Shown here: in pieces, positions 18,576 through 19,735 of the stretch
Layout: every line of letters begins with the position of its first letter
How positions within the stretch are numbered: position 1 is the first letter of the stretch
Source of the DNA: Trueperaceae bacterium
Lineage (GTDB): Bacteria > Deinococcota > Deinococci > Deinococcales > Trueperaceae
NCBI GenBank assembly: GCA_040905465.1
Contig: JBBDRK010000066.1
Coordinates: 1 to 19,735, forward strand
Direction: 5' to 3'
DNA: 19,735 nucleotides
The notes under the pieces: model-generated
What the model was told of the DNA's origin: nothing
Seen by the model: only the letters and a program-made list of their open reading frames with translations
The model's database searches: none
Program-made: the position numbers and the translations under genes

Positions 18576-19709
18576 CTAAGCGGCAAAAGCCCGGCAGCGC
18601 TGCACGGCGGCGAGGAATCGCTCGGCCGCGGCCAGAGCGCCTTCGCGCGAGACCGCGGCGCCGAAGCTGAAGCGCATCGTCGCCTTCGCTTCCCGTTCCG
18701 ACAGACCCATGGCCCTCAGCACGTGAGACGCCTCGATCGAGCCTGCCGAACAGGCCGAACCCGCGCTCACGTAGACACCCTCCGCGTCGAGGCTCATAAG
18801 CAGGGCCTCGCCCTCCACCCCGGCGACACTCACGCTGCTGTGCTTCGGACCACGCGCAACCCCTGCAGCGTTGACCGTGAGCCCTTCCTCCCCGGCGATC
18901 GCCGCTTCGAAGAGATCCCGCAGCTCAGCCACTTCCTCCCCGTGCCGGCCGGCGCCCAGAGCCATTCGGGCGGCGGCGCCCATGCCGGCGATAGCCGGGG
19001 TGTCGTGGGTGCCTGGGCGCAGACCGCGCTCCTGCCCGCCCCCATACGTAACACTGCTCAACTCGACCCCATCGCGCAGCCACAGGGCGCCCACGCCCTT
19101 GGGGCCGTAGGCCTTGTGAGCAGAGAGTGCCAGCGCGTCCACGCCAAGAGCGCGCACGTCGACCTGTTCGAATCCGAAGGCCTGAACGGCGTCGCAGAAC
19201 AGCAGGGCTCCGGCATCGTGAACGATGCCGGAGAGTCGCTCGATCGGCGTGCGAACCCCGGTCTCGTTGTTCACCAGCATCAGCGCCACCAGCCCGGCGC
19301 CCGATTCCTCGAGGGCCTGCCCGACCGCGGCAAGATCGATCTCGCCAGTCGGAGAAGGCGCCAGGTAAGTCACCGGGCACCCCGAGGCCTCCAGGGAACG
19401 GGCGGCAGCAAGCACGGCGCTGTGCTCGAACGGACTGGTGAGAAGACCGCCGTCGAGGCACGGAAGCACGCCGCGGAGCGCAAGATTGTCCGCCTCGGTC
19501 GCTCCCGAGGTGAAGATGATCTCATTGGGTCGAGCATTGATCGACGCCGCAACGGCTTCGCGGGCCTCCTCGACCACCCGTCGGGCTCGGCGACCCGGAG
19601 TGTGAATGCTTGAGGGGTTGCCGTACGAGTCGTTCAGAACAGCCGAAACGGCCTGTTGCACCTCAGGATGAACAGGCGTGCTGGCAGCATGATCCAGATA
19701 GATCTCCAC
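18576..19709 (-). CDS. iscS: Cysteine desulfurase (IscS/NifS group I), 377 aa
   Basis: IYLDHAAST, YGNPSS, IIFTSGATEADN, DAVQ, SAHKAYGPKG (PLP Lys) and SAGSACS (catalytic Cys). GTG start. Confidence 0.92.
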   Translation of the reverse strand: MEIYLDHAASTPVHPEVQQAVSAVLNDSYGNPSSIHTPGRRARRVVEEAREAVAASINARPNEIIFTSGATEADNLALRGVLPCLDGGLLTSPFEHSAVLAAARSLEASGCPVTYLAPSPTGEIDLAAVGQALEESGAGLVALMLVNNETGVRTPIERLSGIVHDAGALLFCDAVQAFGFEQVDVRALGVDALALSAHKAYGPKGVGALWLRDGVELSSVTYGGGQERGLRPGTHDTPAIAGMGAAARMALGAGRHGEEVAELRDLFEAAIAGEEGLTVNAAGVARGPKHSSVSVAGVEGEALLMSLDAEGVYVSAGSACSAGSIEASHVLRAMGLSEREAKATMRFSFGAAVSREGALAAAERFLAAVQRCRAFAA

Positions 19710-19735
19710 GTCAGCCGGTCCTCATGCAGCCGGTC

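Noticed and set aside
19710-19735. End of an upstream gene and a 9-bp direct repeat (cagccggtc x2)
   Set aside because: Too little sequence to define a reading frame or function.

Overview
GC-rich bacterial chromosome segment, mostly housekeeping. It is probably Deinococcota (Trueperaceae-like), inferred from the style of RF1, ClpP and MiaB and from many apparently leaderless genes. Contents in order: the 5' part of tRNA-Arg(CCT), a TPR-like protein, an orphan LivK-type binding protein, prfA plus a NUDIX gene, icd, mpg, an M20 hydrolase with a small acidic partner, an alkyltransferase-like protein, an EamA/DMT transporter, a PPC-domain lipoprotein, a Phd-VapC toxin-antitoxin pair, miaB plus a NUDIX gene, a CBS/CorC protein, five tRNAs (Pro, Gly, Arg, His, Leu), tig-clpP-clpX and a cysteine desulfurase. 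The most notable element is not in the ORF track: an atypical ykkC-motif riboswitch (minus strand, about 9232-9404) upstream of the EamA transporter. It has its own -10 box, a 78-nt branched P2 region, a non-canonical P3 and a plausible anti-Shine-Dalgarno switch. Its ligand cannot be assigned by eye. No CRISPR array, transposase or integrase was seen.
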